Shown here: piece after piece, positions 37,162-46,674 of the stretch | How the letters are laid out: each line of letters begins with the position of its first letter | Numbering within the stretch: the stretch's first letter is position 1 | Origin: an uncultured Myxococcales bacterium | GTDB lineage: Bacteria; Myxococcota; B64-G9 | Length of the DNA: 64,000 nucleotides | Assembly (NCBI GenBank): GCA_964513625.1 | Contig: CAZENH010000032.1 | Span: 1-64,000, forward strand | Reading direction: 5' to 3' | The notes under the pieces: generated by a model | The model's input: the letters and a program-made list of their open reading frames with translations, nothing else | Database searches by the model: none | What the model was told of the DNA's origin: nothing | Program-made: the position numbers and the translations under genes

Positions 37162-38781
37162 GTGACCCAGAAGCAAACAAAGTTCATTTTCGTGACAGGG
37201 GGAGTTGTCTCAGGGTTGGGCAAGGGTGTTGCTTCCGCTTCCATCGCGGCCTTGATGGAGAACCGCGGGCTGAAGATCTCGATGATGAAAATGGATCCTT
37301 ACATCAACGTGGATCCGGGAACGATGAACCCCTATCAACACGGAGAGGTCTTCGTCACCGACGATGGGGCCGAAACTGATCTCGATCTTGGTCACTATGA
37401 GCGTTTCACCAATGAACCGGTTTCCGCCAACAATAACGTAACGACCGGACAGGTATACGACACGGTAATCAACAAGGAACGTCACGGAGAGTACCTCGGA
37501 AAAACGGTTCAGGTTATTCCTCATGTGACGGACGTCATCAAAGAGCGCATTCATCGCGCAGCCAAGGGCGTTGACGTGTGCATCGTTGAGGTGGGCGGCA
37601 CGATCGGAGACATCGAAGGGCTGCCGCATATCGAGGCAATTCGTCAGATGCGCACGGATGTCGGGAGGGAGCACACTGTTTACATTCACCTGACGCTCGT
37701 GCCTTATATCAAGGCGGTTGGCGAGATGAAGACCAAGCCCACCCAGCACAGCGTCAAGGCACTCAGGGAGATCGGCATCCAGCCTGACATTATTGTTTGT
37801 CGCTGCGAGCAACCTCTGGGTCAGGATCTCAAGGACAAGATTGCCCTGTTTTGCTCTACCAGCCGGTCTACCGTTTTCGATTGTCCGGATGTGGACACCG
37901 TCTATGCCGTACCTCTGTTGCTCAAGGAGCAGGGTCTGGACGACAAGATCGCCGAGATGCTCAACATCTGGTCACGGGCCGCCTCTCTCGACAACTGGCG
38001 GCGAGTGGTCGCAACCCTGCGCAATGGAAAACAGGTGGCCCGCATCGGGGTGGTCGGAAAGTACGTGCACCTGATCGACTCATACAAGAGCCTTCACGAA
38101 GCGCTCTTGCATGGTGGCCTGGCTAGCGGAGGCCGCGTCGAGTTGGTCTATGTCGACTCTGAACAACTGTCAGATGACGTTTCCGGAGCCTTTGCTGATG
38201 TTGACGGAATTCTTGTCCCAGGCGGTTTCGGCGAGAGAGGCATCGAGGGCAAGATAAACGCCGTGCGCTACGCGCGCGAAAACAAGATTCCAATCTTCGG
38301 TATCTGCCTGGGTTTGCAGATGATGGTGATCGAGTTTGCCCGCAACGTGACCGGACTAGAGCGGGCCAATTCCACCGAGTTCGACGCGAAAACCCCGCAC
38401 CCGGTGATTCACCTAATGGAAAGCCAGCAAGACATCAAGGACAAGGGTGCCACCATGCGCCTGGGTGCTTACCCCTGCAAGCTGACGGCGGGCACGCGCG
38501 CTATGGAGATTTATCGTCAGACAGAAATTTCCGAGCGCCACCGGCACCGCTTTGAAGTCAACAATGACTATCGAGAGAAACTCGCGGTCGGGGGCTTGGT
38601 CTTCAGCGGGTTGTCGCCGGATGGAAAACTGGTTGAGATGTGCGAGATCTCCGATCATCCATGGTTTGTCGGCTGTCAGTTCCACCCGGAATTCAAGTCG
38701 AAACCCTTCAAGCCTCATCCGCTTTTCGCGGCCTTCGTGGCGGCTGCCGTGAAATACAAGGAGTCCAGGTCAGCGGGCTGA
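37162..38781 (+). CDS. pyrG: CTP synthase
   Basis: [17 protein letters not shown] is the N-terminal synthase signature. GATase region GICLGLQ...[11 protein letters not shown] start with a GGAGGAGG RBS, giving a typical 540-aa length. Confidence 0.9.
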   Translation: MTQKQTKFIFVTGGVVSGLGKGVASASIAALMENRGLKISMMKMDPYINVDPGTMNPYQHGEVFVTDDGAETDLDLGHYERFTNEPVSANNNVTTGQVYDTVINKERHGEYLGKTVQVIPHVTDVIKERIHRAAKGVDVCIVEVGGTIGDIEGLPHIEAIRQMRTDVGREHTVYIHLTLVPYIKAVGEMKTKPTQHSVKALREIGIQPDIIVCRCEQPLGQDLKDKIALFCSTSRSTVFDCPDVDTVYAVPLLLKEQGLDDKIAEMLNIWSRAASLDNWRRVVATLRNGKQVARIGVVGKYVHLIDSYKSLHEALLHGGLASGGRVELVYVDSEQLSDDVSGAFADVDGILVPGGFGERGIEGKINAVRYARENKIPIFGICLGLQMMVIEFARNVTGLERANSTEFDAKTPHPVIHLMESQQDIKDKGATMRLGAYPCKLTAGTRAMEIYRQTEISERHRHRFEVNNDYREKLAVGGLVFSGLSPDGKLVEMCEISDHPWFVGCQFHPEFKSKPFKPHPLFAAFVAAAVKYKESRSAG

Positions 38782-38796
38782 CGGATTTCACTGCCT

Positions 38797-39744
38797 ATGG
38801 GCAAGAAAATCAAGAACGCCGTGATTTATTTACTGGCGCGGATGTTGATGGTTTTCGTCCGCATGATGAGTTTCAAGCGCTCGCAAAGGTTCGGCGCCTG
38901 GCTCGGACGGCGCGTTTTTCTGCACGCCCGGCACGAACGAGAGAAAACAATACGCCATCTTGGCCGGGCTTTTCCTGAAAAAGACGCGAACGAAATCGAG
39001 AACATTGCTCGCTCGGTCTTCGAGCATTTCGGACGTGCGGCGGCCGAGTTAGTCAACGTTCGCAAGATTGGCGAGATTACTTCTTTCGTTGAAGTAGGTC
39101 TTGTATCCCGCAAAGCGCTCGACGATGCCTTGGCCAGAGGGCGCGGTGTCGTGTTCGTAAGCTCCCATTGCGGTAGCTGGGAGCTCATGGCTCGTACGCT
39201 CGCCCGGCTGGGCTACCCGATAAATACAATCGGCAAGAAATCTTATGATCCGCGGTTTACCCGACTGATTCACCGTTTCCGAGAGGCTGGCTCGGTGCAC
39301 ACTATCTGGCGCGGCGATCCGGGGATCATTGATCAGATGGTAGCCGTTGTGCGGCGCGGCGAGGTCATGGGTTTTCTCATTGACCAGGATACGAAAGTAC
39401 CCGGAGTTTTCGTACCTTTCTTCGGGCGCGAAGCCTATACTCCCTCGGCTGCGGCCGTGTTGTTTAGGAAGACAAACGCCGCGGTTGTGACCGGCTTTAA
39501 CCACCGTAGCTCCCGGGGAGGGTACGAAATTATCCTGGAGGAATACACTCCTTGCGACCTTCCCGACTTCGACGCAGCCGTGTGTGAGGATACCCGCAGA
39601 CTGACGGCAAGAATCGAAGATTTCATTAGTCGACACCCCGCTGAGTGGGTCTGGATGCATCAGAGATGGAAAACCCGTCCCCAAGATGTTACTAAGGCAA
39701 AGGAGCCTCGATTACCTGAGATGGAGAGACGAAATGGGACTTAG
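38797..39744 (+). CDS. LpxL/HtrB-family lipid A (Kdo2-lipid IVA) acyltransferase
   Basis: An N-terminal membrane anchor is followed by the HX4E motif (SSHCGSWE) and PF03279-like conservation. Confidence 0.72.
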   Translation: MGKKIKNAVIYLLARMLMVFVRMMSFKRSQRFGAWLGRRVFLHARHEREKTIRHLGRAFPEKDANEIENIARSVFEHFGRAAAELVNVRKIGEITSFVEVGLVSRKALDDALARGRGVVFVSSHCGSWELMARTLARLGYPINTIGKKSYDPRFTRLIHRFREAGSVHTIWRGDPGIIDQMVAVVRRGEVMGFLIDQDTKVPGVFVPFFGREAYTPSAAAVLFRKTNAAVVTGFNHRSSRGGYEIILEEYTPCDLPDFDAAVCEDTRRLTARIEDFISRHPAEWVWMHQRWKTRPQDVTKAKEPRLPEMERRNGT

Positions 39745-40585
39745 AAACGTACAGGTAAAGCCGCTGCGCCGCACGCCGCCTTTTCGCAAGGTGGCCTTGG
39801 GAACCTGGCATGGACCGGGAGATCCGCAGATATACGGCACGCTGGAAATCGATCTGACCAAGGCCTACGCCTGGCGCGACCGGCAGCCCGAGGGTGGCCC
39901 GCGAGTCACAGTGACGCACATGGTGGCCAGGGCCATGGCGTTGGCACTCTCCCACCATCCCGACCTGAATGCTTTCATTCGCTGGCGACGCATCTACCTG
40001 CGCAAGCTGGTGGATGTCTTCGTTCTGGCCGCGGTCAAACATGAATCGGGCCGCGATGATTTGACCAGTGTCAAGGTCAACCGTGCTGACGAAAAGGGCG
40101 TGGCCGGCATCGCAGACGAGGTGGCTGCCAAGCTCAAGCGAGTGCGGGAGAAAAAGGATACGGACTTGCAGAAGTCTTCAAAGCTGATGAGTATCATCCC
40201 GGGCTTTCTAATGAGGTTCGTGCTCAAATTAGTGGCATTTATTTCCTACACACTCAACCTGCGCTGTCCGGGTATACCACGCGATCCCTTCGGCGCCTGC
40301 CTGATCACTAACGTGGGCATGTTTGGCCTGGACGTGGCCTATGCGCCGATTGTTCCCTATACCCGTGCTCCCGTGGTGTTGCTGGTTGGAGAGGCCAAGA
40401 AGCGACCGGTGGTAATGGACGACAAGATAGAGATAAGGCCGATCGTGACGCTTAATGCCACCATCGACCACCGTTTGTGCGACGGGGCGCTTCTGGCCAA
40501 GATGGTACGCACAATCCGAGATGCTTTTGACGATCCCGAAACCCACTTCAGCGAGCCCCCTGCTGACGAGCAGCCGGAAGACTAA
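39734..40585 (+). CDS. Stand-alone acyltransferase with 2-oxoacid-dehydrogenase E2 catalytic (CAT-like) domain
   Basis: It carries the catalytic DHRxxDG motif (NATIDHRLCDGALLAKMV) and lacks lipoyl and E3-binding domains. GGAGAG RBS. It overlaps the LpxL-like gene by 11 nt. Confidence 0.55.
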   Translation: MGLRNVQVKPLRRTPPFRKVALGTWHGPGDPQIYGTLEIDLTKAYAWRDRQPEGGPRVTVTHMVARAMALALSHHPDLNAFIRWRRIYLRKLVDVFVLAAVKHESGRDDLTSVKVNRADEKGVAGIADEVAAKLKRVREKKDTDLQKSSKLMSIIPGFLMRFVLKLVAFISYTLNLRCPGIPRDPFGACLITNVGMFGLDVAYAPIVPYTRAPVVLLVGEAKKRPVVMDDKIEIRPIVTLNATIDHRLCDGALLAKMVRTIRDAFDDPETHFSEPPADEQPED

Positions 40586-40698
40586 GGCCGTATAATTCAT
40601 CTCCCGGTCGCGATTCGCCGGATGATCCATACGCGGATTTACATGACCGCAGGCCGGTGGTACCATCTTCTGGACATGTATTCTCGGAGCAGAAAAAC

Positions 40699-40956
40699 AT
40701 GATGCGGCTTGTTTTTTTACTGGTCGTGTCTGCTTGCCTTCCCGCCTGCGGCGGTAGACCGGCGCTGCCTGAGACGCCCGGGCGCTCGGTACGCGTCGAA
40801 CTCGAAAATGTCGTCGTCAGGCAGTACAATCAGGGGCGGCTGCGATTCGAGATGCGGGCCGGATCGCTCGAACTCGACGAAAGGGGCCGGAAGCTGGTGG
40901 CTTCCGGCGGTATTAGAGGGCATTTGCAGCCCGCTATGTGGGAGGAGAAAAGGTGA
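40699..40956 (+). CDS. Short LptC-like lipoprotein (85 aa) preceding lptA
   Basis: Lipobox LLVVSACLPACGG. The position upstream of lptA/lptB is conserved for lptC. The call is weak because the protein is short. Confidence 0.4.
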   Translation: MMRLVFLLVVSACLPACGGRPALPETPGRSVRVELENVVVRQYNQGRLRFEMRAGSLELDERGRKLVASGGIRGHLQPAMWEEKR

Positions 40957-41468
40957 GATCGGTCCCGGCGATATTTGGCTGCCTGCTCTTTTTTCTGGCC
41001 TGTTCGGTCGCGCAGGCGGCACCCGCAGGCGCAAAGTCGCCCGAGGGGCCGGCGGGGCCGGTTGACATACGCTCCGATCGGCTGGTGGTTGAAAAGAAGG
41101 CGCACCGGGCCGTTTTTTCGGGCAAGGTGCGGTTGGTTCAGAAAGATCTCATCATCCTCTGCGACAAACTGGTAGTCAGCTACTCAGACGATAAAAGCGA
41201 GCCCGGCCGGATTACGCGCATGGTATTCAGCGGGGAGGTTTCCATCGAGCAGCAGGACAGGAAGGGGCATTGCGGGCGCGCCGACTACGACCGTACTGTG
41301 GGGTTGATCATCTGCACCGGCAAACCCTGGGTCGTCGAGGGCAAAAGTCGTGTCGAGGGGGAGCGTATCGAATACCATTTGTCCCGTGACGAGGTCAGGG
41401 TCATTCGCCCGCGGGCCGTCATCCAGTTACCCGCGGACGACAATCCCAAGAGTGGTCGTACAAAGTGA
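40953..41468 (+). CDS. lptA: LPS transport periplasmic protein LptA (OstA N-terminal fold)
   Basis: Signal peptide, then an OstA-like pattern (IRSDRLVVEKKAHRAVFSGKVRLVQKDLIILCDKLVV...). GTG start after GGAGGAG. Confidence 0.75.
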   Translation: MRSVPAIFGCLLFFLACSVAQAAPAGAKSPEGPAGPVDIRSDRLVVEKKAHRAVFSGKVRLVQKDLIILCDKLVVSYSDDKSEPGRITRMVFSGEVSIEQQDRKGHCGRADYDRTVGLIICTGKPWVVEGKSRVEGERIEYHLSRDEVRVIRPRAVIQLPADDNPKSGRTK

Positions 41469-42232
41469 ATGCGGCAATCGATAAGACCCCGGCCATGGCC
41501 GACGCGCTTTCGGCCGCTGGCCTTGTGAAGTCGTTCAAGGGTCGCCGAGTGGTGGATGGGGTGAGCTTCGCGGTTGCCCCTGGAGAGATCGTCGGTCTGC
41601 TGGGGCCGAACGGAGCTGGTAAGACGACCAGTTTTAATATCGTCATGGGCTTACTCAGGGCAGACGCCGGGAAAGTAGCTCTCGGTGAACTGGAAGTCAC
41701 CTCGTGGCCGATGTACAAGAGGGCCCGGGCCGGCATCGGCTACCTTTCGCAGGAACCATCGATTTTCAGACGCCTGTCGGTGTCCGAAAACCTGCTTGTT
41801 TACCTCCAGTCGGCCGGAGTTTTCGGCGCCCAGGCCGACAAGCGTGTGCAGCGTGCGATTGAGGAGTTCGATCTGACACAGGTAGCCCATGCCGGCGCCG
41901 CAACCTGTTCGGGCGGTGAGCGACGCAGGGTGGAAATCGCACGGGCCATGATCCGGGGGCCGAGGTTTCTATTGCTGGACGAACCCTTTTCTGGTATCGA
42001 CCCGCTGGCCGTCGGGGAGATCCGGCGTCAAATAGAACGCTTGTCCAGGGAAGGGATCGGCATGCTGGTCACAGACCACAATGTCAGGGAAACCTTGTCA
42101 ACCTGCGACAGAGCATATATTCTTAAGGGCGGCCGGATAATCGAAACCGGCACACCGGCGGAGATTGCCGCAAGTGATAAGGCACGAACGTTGTACCTGG
42201 GCAAAAATTTCCGCCTGGAAGAGACGAGCTGA
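41465..42232 (+). CDS. lptB: LPS export ABC transporter ATP-binding protein LptB
   Basis: Walker A GPNGAGKTT, ABC signature SGGERRRVEIARA, Walker B LLLDEP. Confidence 0.9.
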   Translation: MNAAIDKTPAMADALSAAGLVKSFKGRRVVDGVSFAVAPGEIVGLLGPNGAGKTTSFNIVMGLLRADAGKVALGELEVTSWPMYKRARAGIGYLSQEPSIFRRLSVSENLLVYLQSAGVFGAQADKRVQRAIEEFDLTQVAHAGAATCSGGERRRVEIARAMIRGPRFLLLDEPFSGIDPLAVGEIRRQIERLSREGIGMLVTDHNVRETLSTCDRAYILKGGRIIETGTPAEIAASDKARTLYLGKNFRLEETS

Positions 42233-42234
42233 AG

Positions 42235-43737
42235 ATGGTGGAGCTGAGACAAGTCCTGTCGCTGAAGCAGACCCTGCAACTGGTGATGACTCCCCAGTTG
42301 CAACAAGCCATCAAGCTTCTGCAGCTGTCACGGCTCGAACTCAATGACCTGGTCAACACCGAGATGCTCGAGAACCCCGTGCTCGAGGATGTGCCCGAGG
42401 TCCCGCCAGCCGAGGATACGGCCTCAACCTCCGATGAACGCCAAAATGCTGTAGATGAGAAGATCCAGGATCGTCTCGAACGCACCGAAAGAACGGAAGA
42501 AGTAAAGGGCGGCGAAGGCGCCAACGAGATCGACTGGGAGAAGTACCTGGAGAATTATTCTTCTTATTATCCAGGCGGCGGCCCGCGCGAACGACCCAAT
42601 GAAGATTTACCATCCTACGAGGCGGTATATTCCAAGAAGCCTTCGCTGACCGACCATTTATTGTGGCAGCTACGTCTATCGTCACTCGATGAATACGAGC
42701 AGGATATCGGTGCGCAGATCATCCTCAACCTCAACTCGGACGGTTATCTGGTGGCGGACGACGAAGACCGGCTGGCCGGCAAGACTGCCACGCAATGCAT
42801 CGCAGATTCGTTGGAGATTGAGCAGCAAGAAGTCGAGCGGGTTCTGAAGACCGTGCAGAACTTCGATCCGGTTGGCATCGGTGCACGAGATTTGAAGGAA
42901 TCGTTGCTCATACAGGCAAGACATCTGCAAGTGGAGAATGGCCTGGTATACGCCATAATCGAATCTCATCTTCCGTTTGTTGAGCGTAAGAACTTCCAAG
43001 CCATCGCCCGCGCACTGAAGGTCTCCAAGGACGAGGTCATAGACGCGGTGCGAATTATCTCGCAATTAGAGCCGCGCCCCGGACGGGTTTATTCAGAAGA
43101 GAAACCGCAATACATCACACCGGATATTTTTGTCTACCGCCTGGTTGACGAGTACGTCATCGTTCTCAACGAAGACGGACTGCCAAAACTCAGGATCAGC
43201 CCTTACTATAGACGGACTCTGAGCCAGGCTTCTAGAGGCGGCGAAACTCACAACTACATTCAGGATAAGCTGCGTTCGGCGGTTTGGCTTATTCGCAGCA
43301 TTCACCAGCGCCAGCGAACCATCTACCGAGTAACCGAAAGCATCGTGAAATTCCAACGGGAATTCTTCGACAAGGGTATCTCCTTCCTGAAACCTCTGGT
43401 GCTCAGGGATGTCGCTGAAGACCTGGGATTGCATGAATCGACGGTCAGCCGTGTGACGACGAACAAGTACGTGCATACGCCCCAGGGAATATTCGAGCTG
43501 AAATATTTCTTCAACTCCGGCATCAGCCGGGTGAACGGAGACGACGTTGCCTCGGAGTCGGTCAAGGATCGTATCAGACACATCGTGTCCGAGGAAGATC
43601 CGCAGAAACCGCTCAGCGATCGTGAGATTGTGGCCATGCTCAAGGAGCAAAACATCGACATAGCCAGGAGAACCGTTGCAAAGTACAGAGAAATGCTAGG
43701 CATTCTGCCTTCAGGTAAACGCAAAAAAATGTTCTGA
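42235..43737 (+). CDS. rpoN: RNA polymerase sigma-54 factor
   Basis: N-terminal region I (LQLVMTPQLQQAIKLLQLSRLEL) and the C-terminal RpoN box (ARRTVAKYREMLGI). Confidence 0.92.
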   Translation: MVELRQVLSLKQTLQLVMTPQLQQAIKLLQLSRLELNDLVNTEMLENPVLEDVPEVPPAEDTASTSDERQNAVDEKIQDRLERTERTEEVKGGEGANEIDWEKYLENYSSYYPGGGPRERPNEDLPSYEAVYSKKPSLTDHLLWQLRLSSLDEYEQDIGAQIILNLNSDGYLVADDEDRLAGKTATQCIADSLEIEQQEVERVLKTVQNFDPVGIGARDLKESLLIQARHLQVENGLVYAIIESHLPFVERKNFQAIARALKVSKDEVIDAVRIISQLEPRPGRVYSEEKPQYITPDIFVYRLVDEYVIVLNEDGLPKLRISPYYRRTLSQASRGGETHNYIQDKLRSAVWLIRSIHQRQRTIYRVTESIVKFQREFFDKGISFLKPLVLRDVAEDLGLHESTVSRVTTNKYVHTPQGIFELKYFFNSGISRVNGDDVASESVKDRIRHIVSEEDPQKPLSDREIVAMLKEQNIDIARRTVAKYREMLGILPSGKRKKMF

Positions 43738-43822
43738 ACTATTGCTCGCACCCAGGCACTTGAGATGGCAACATCTTTACAGTTGAGTCAAGTAGTGGTT
43801 ATGGCGTCAACGACAACAACTA

Positions 43823-43856
43823 TCGGCCTTGTCCCGCGCATTTTGCAGGGCTAGCC
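43823..43856 (+). promoter_or_regulatory. Copy 1 of a conserved 34-nt motif tcggccttgtcccgcgcattYtgcRgggYtagcc
   Basis: 31/34 identical to 57848-57881. It sits immediately upstream of the hpf RBS. Confidence 0.3.
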
Positions 43857-43871
43857 CAATTGGGAGGAGTC

Positions 43872-44423
43872 ATGCAAGTATCGGTAACCTTCCGTAACAT
43901 GGATCCCAGTGAATCACTCAAGGCCTACACGTCCGAAAAGTGCTTGCGGCTGAAGAAGTATGTAAGCAAACCGGCGGACATTCACGTCATTCTGGCCAAG
44001 CAGAAGTATCGCAGTCGAGCCGAGATCAAGATTACCCATCACGGTGTGGTGATGAAGGGCGAAGAGAACGGCGAAGACATGTACTCCAGTATAGATCTGG
44101 CGCTCGACAAGGTGGAACGTCAGTTGAGAAAACTCAAGGACAAGAGACGCGAGCACAGGCTGTCGCAGTCCGCTGCGGGGGTCACGGTTCGCCACGGGAT
44201 CGTCTCTCACGAGCCTGCCGGAAACGAGGAAAACGCTCGTATCGTCAACTCTGAAGAGTTTTCGGCCAAACCGATGTCGGTTGACGAGGCCGTTTTGCAA
44301 ATGGAATTGGCCAACAACGATTTTCTGGTTTTTATAAACTCCAGCACCCAGGAAGTGAACGTAATCTACAAGCGGCGCGACGGTGATGTCGGCCTTATCG
44401 AGGCTCAAACGCCACCCGAATGA
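43872..44423 (+). CDS. hpf: Ribosome hibernation promoting factor (long HPF)
   Basis: MQVSVTFRNMDPSESLKAYTSEKCLRLKKY. GGGAGGAG RBS. Long-form C-terminal dimerisation region. Confidence 0.85.
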   Translation: MQVSVTFRNMDPSESLKAYTSEKCLRLKKYVSKPADIHVILAKQKYRSRAEIKITHHGVVMKGEENGEDMYSSIDLALDKVERQLRKLKDKRREHRLSQSAAGVTVRHGIVSHEPAGNEENARIVNSEEFSAKPMSVDEAVLQMELANNDFLVFINSSTQEVNVIYKRRDGDVGLIEAQTPPE

Positions 44424-44541
44424 CAGAGCGGTAGTCTAGTAAGGTACATGCGAGGGTGAAGGAATCTGACTTCTCGGAAGTTCAAGGTAGGTCATAATCC
44501 ACCCTGGATTGTCGAGAAGTTTCAAAGGGAGTTTACAGCCA

Positions 44542-45003
44542 ATGAAAATAGCAACTTTCCTCGATCGCAGCGATGTTTCGATCGATGTGCCATGCCGCAC
44601 AAAAAAAGAGATCCTCAAGATGCTGGTTGATCTCTTGGCGGAAAACCATGCCGAGCTTGACTCCGAACAACTCCTTTCGATTCTCTTGAAGCGCGAAGAA
44701 CTGCGCTCGACAGGCATCGAAGAAGGAGTGGCTTTTCCTCACGGCAGAGTTCCGGGTCTCGATCGGTTGATGGCTTGCTTCGGCAGGTGCCAGGCCGGCG
44801 TGGATTTCGACTCGTTTGATGGCAAGAAGACAAATTTCTTTTTTGTTTTGCTCATTCCCGAACATGCACAGGGAAATCACCTCAAAGCACTGGCCCGCCT
44901 GAATCGCTTGTTCCAAAACGCAGATTTTCGCAAGCGTATCATGAATGCCGGCAGCGCGGACGAAGTTTTCGACGCAATTATCGAGGAAGACAATAGGTGC
45001 TGA
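44542..45003 (+). CDS. ptsN: PTS-Ntr EIIA (nitrogen regulatory protein)
   Basis: EIIA-2 fold with the phosphorylatable His region GVAFPHGRV. AAGGGAG RBS. Confidence 0.85.
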   Translation: MKIATFLDRSDVSIDVPCRTKKEILKMLVDLLAENHAELDSEQLLSILLKREELRSTGIEEGVAFPHGRVPGLDRLMACFGRCQAGVDFDSFDGKKTNFFFVLLIPEHAQGNHLKALARLNRLFQNADFRKRIMNAGSADEVFDAIIEEDNRC

Positions 45004-45887
45004 ACTCAAGTCTACAGCGCGTTCCCTCACCGGTGCGGTTGCTGATCATCAGCGGACTTTCCGGCTCCGGAAAGAGCACGGCCATAAGGGCGCTGGAGGA
45101 TACCGGTTTTTTTTGCATCGACAATTTGCCGATTGTGTTGTTACCCAAGTTAATAGATTTGTTTCCGCGCAGTGGGGAAAATATTGAGCGTATCGCACTC
45201 GTAATCGATGCGCGCGAAGAGCGTTTTCTAAATGAGTTCGACCGCAACATCGAGAGAATCCGCGAAGAGGGTGGCCGGGTAGACGTGGTGTTTCTGGACT
45301 GCGCTGACGAAGTTCTTGTCAGGCGCTACAACGAAACCCGACGCCGGCATCCTGTTGCGCCCGAGGGCTCGGTCGAGGAAGGCATTGCCCGCGAGCGGAT
45401 CATTCTGAAACCGCTACGAGAGGCGGCCGGCCAGGTATTTGACACCACGGCGCTGACTCCACACGAACTGCGGCGTATTATCAGCGATCGTTTCAGCAGG
45501 GTCGAGCCCGGTCAAGAGATGACGATGGCGTTAGTCTCGTTCGGGTTCAAGTTCGGTATTCCCGCCCAGGTACATCTCGTTTTCGATGTCCGTTTTATGG
45601 CCAACCCGTATTTCGACGACAAGCTGCGGGATGAAAACGGTTTGAACCCCGAAGTAGCGGGTTTCGTAATGCGAGATCCGGATGCCGAAAAATTTCTGGA
45701 GCACGTAATCGCCTACCTGGATGCTTTTCGTTCACGCTACAACAACGAGGGAAAGAGTTACTTGACGCTTGGCATCGGGTGCACCGGTGGTAAACATCGT
45801 TCAGTTGTCATGGTGGAGGAACTTGCCCGGCGCTTGAAGTCGGGCGGGTTGGCCGTAGCGGTCAGACATCGCGACCTCAGCGGATAG
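44997..45887 (+). CDS. rapZ: RNase adapter protein RapZ (P-loop NTPase)
   Basis: LLIISGLSGSGKSTAIRALEDTGFFCIDNLP. The GTG start is uncertain. Confidence 0.82.
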   Translation: MLNSSLQRVPSPVRLLIISGLSGSGKSTAIRALEDTGFFCIDNLPIVLLPKLIDLFPRSGENIERIALVIDAREERFLNEFDRNIERIREEGGRVDVVFLDCADEVLVRRYNETRRRHPVAPEGSVEEGIARERIILKPLREAAGQVFDTTALTPHELRRIISDRFSRVEPGQEMTMALVSFGFKFGIPAQVHLVFDVRFMANPYFDDKLRDENGLNPEVAGFVMRDPDAEKFLEHVIAYLDAFRSRYNNEGKSYLTLGIGCTGGKHRSVVMVEELARRLKSGGLAVAVRHRDLSG

Positions 45888-45943
45888 GTGACGAGAAAGA
45901 GCAATTTCTATACGGGGCAGAGTTGTGACAGAAAGGGCGCACG

Positions 45944-46390
45944 ATGGTGGGACTTGTAATTTTCGGGCATGAAGGCCTTGCGGATACGTTTTTCAGAGTA
46001 CTCCACCAAATAGTTGGAGCCCTGGAGCAGGTATTGGCGGTTGACGTGGGATCGGACGCTTCCAGCGAGGAAGTCGAGCGCGAGTTGGACCGGGCCATTC
46101 TCGAGGTCGATAGCGGAAAAGGAGTGGTCATCCTGGCCGATCTGTTCGGCGGATCACCGGCAAATTTTTCGTTGGCGCGCCTGGTTCCGGGTCGGGTGGA
46201 GGTCGTCTCGGGTCTGAACCTGGCTATGCTGCTGAAGATGGTGGACCTGCGTAATCACGGTCTGGCAGACCCGGCGGTCATGGCTCGAGCCATCGCCCGA
46301 GAGGGCCGAGACAACATCGTGGCGGCGGCCGATATGTTGATAAGGCGCAGTGGAAAGTCGGGCGACAATCAAAAACAACTTGAAGGATGA
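45944..46390 (+). CDS. PTS EIIA component, mannose family
   Basis: MVGLVIFGHEGLADTF has the His-containing N-terminus typical of EIIA-Man. No EIIB/C/D gene is nearby. Confidence 0.78.
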   Translation: MVGLVIFGHEGLADTFFRVLHQIVGALEQVLAVDVGSDASSEEVERELDRAILEVDSGKGVVILADLFGGSPANFSLARLVPGRVEVVSGLNLAMLLKMVDLRNHGLADPAVMARAIAREGRDNIVAAADMLIRRSGKSGDNQKQLEG

Positions 46391-46668
46391 CGATGCCCGA
46401 AGCGAAAGACAGCTTTGAAATCAAGAACAGGCTGGGTATGCATGCGCGGGCAGCCGCCGTCTTCGTGCAGTTGACCACAAAATTCGGCAGTGAAATCTCG
46501 GTCGCCAAGGAAGATCTGGTTGTCAATGGTAAGAGCATCATGAGTGTTCTCCAACTCGCAGCCGTCCAAGGCGACGTGATCACCGTCTTGGCTCGGGGCG
46601 ACGATTCGGACCAGGCCATTGTGGCCATTGGGAAATTGATCAACAACCTGTTTGGTGAGGGCGAGTAG
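46387..46668 (+). CDS. ptsH: Phosphocarrier protein HPr
   Basis: GMHARAAA carries the active-site His; 93 aa. Confidence 0.88.
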   Translation: MTMPEAKDSFEIKNRLGMHARAAAVFVQLTTKFGSEISVAKEDLVVNGKSIMSVLQLAAVQGDVITVLARGDDSDQAIVAIGKLINNLFGEGE

Positions 46669-46674
46669 CAGTCA

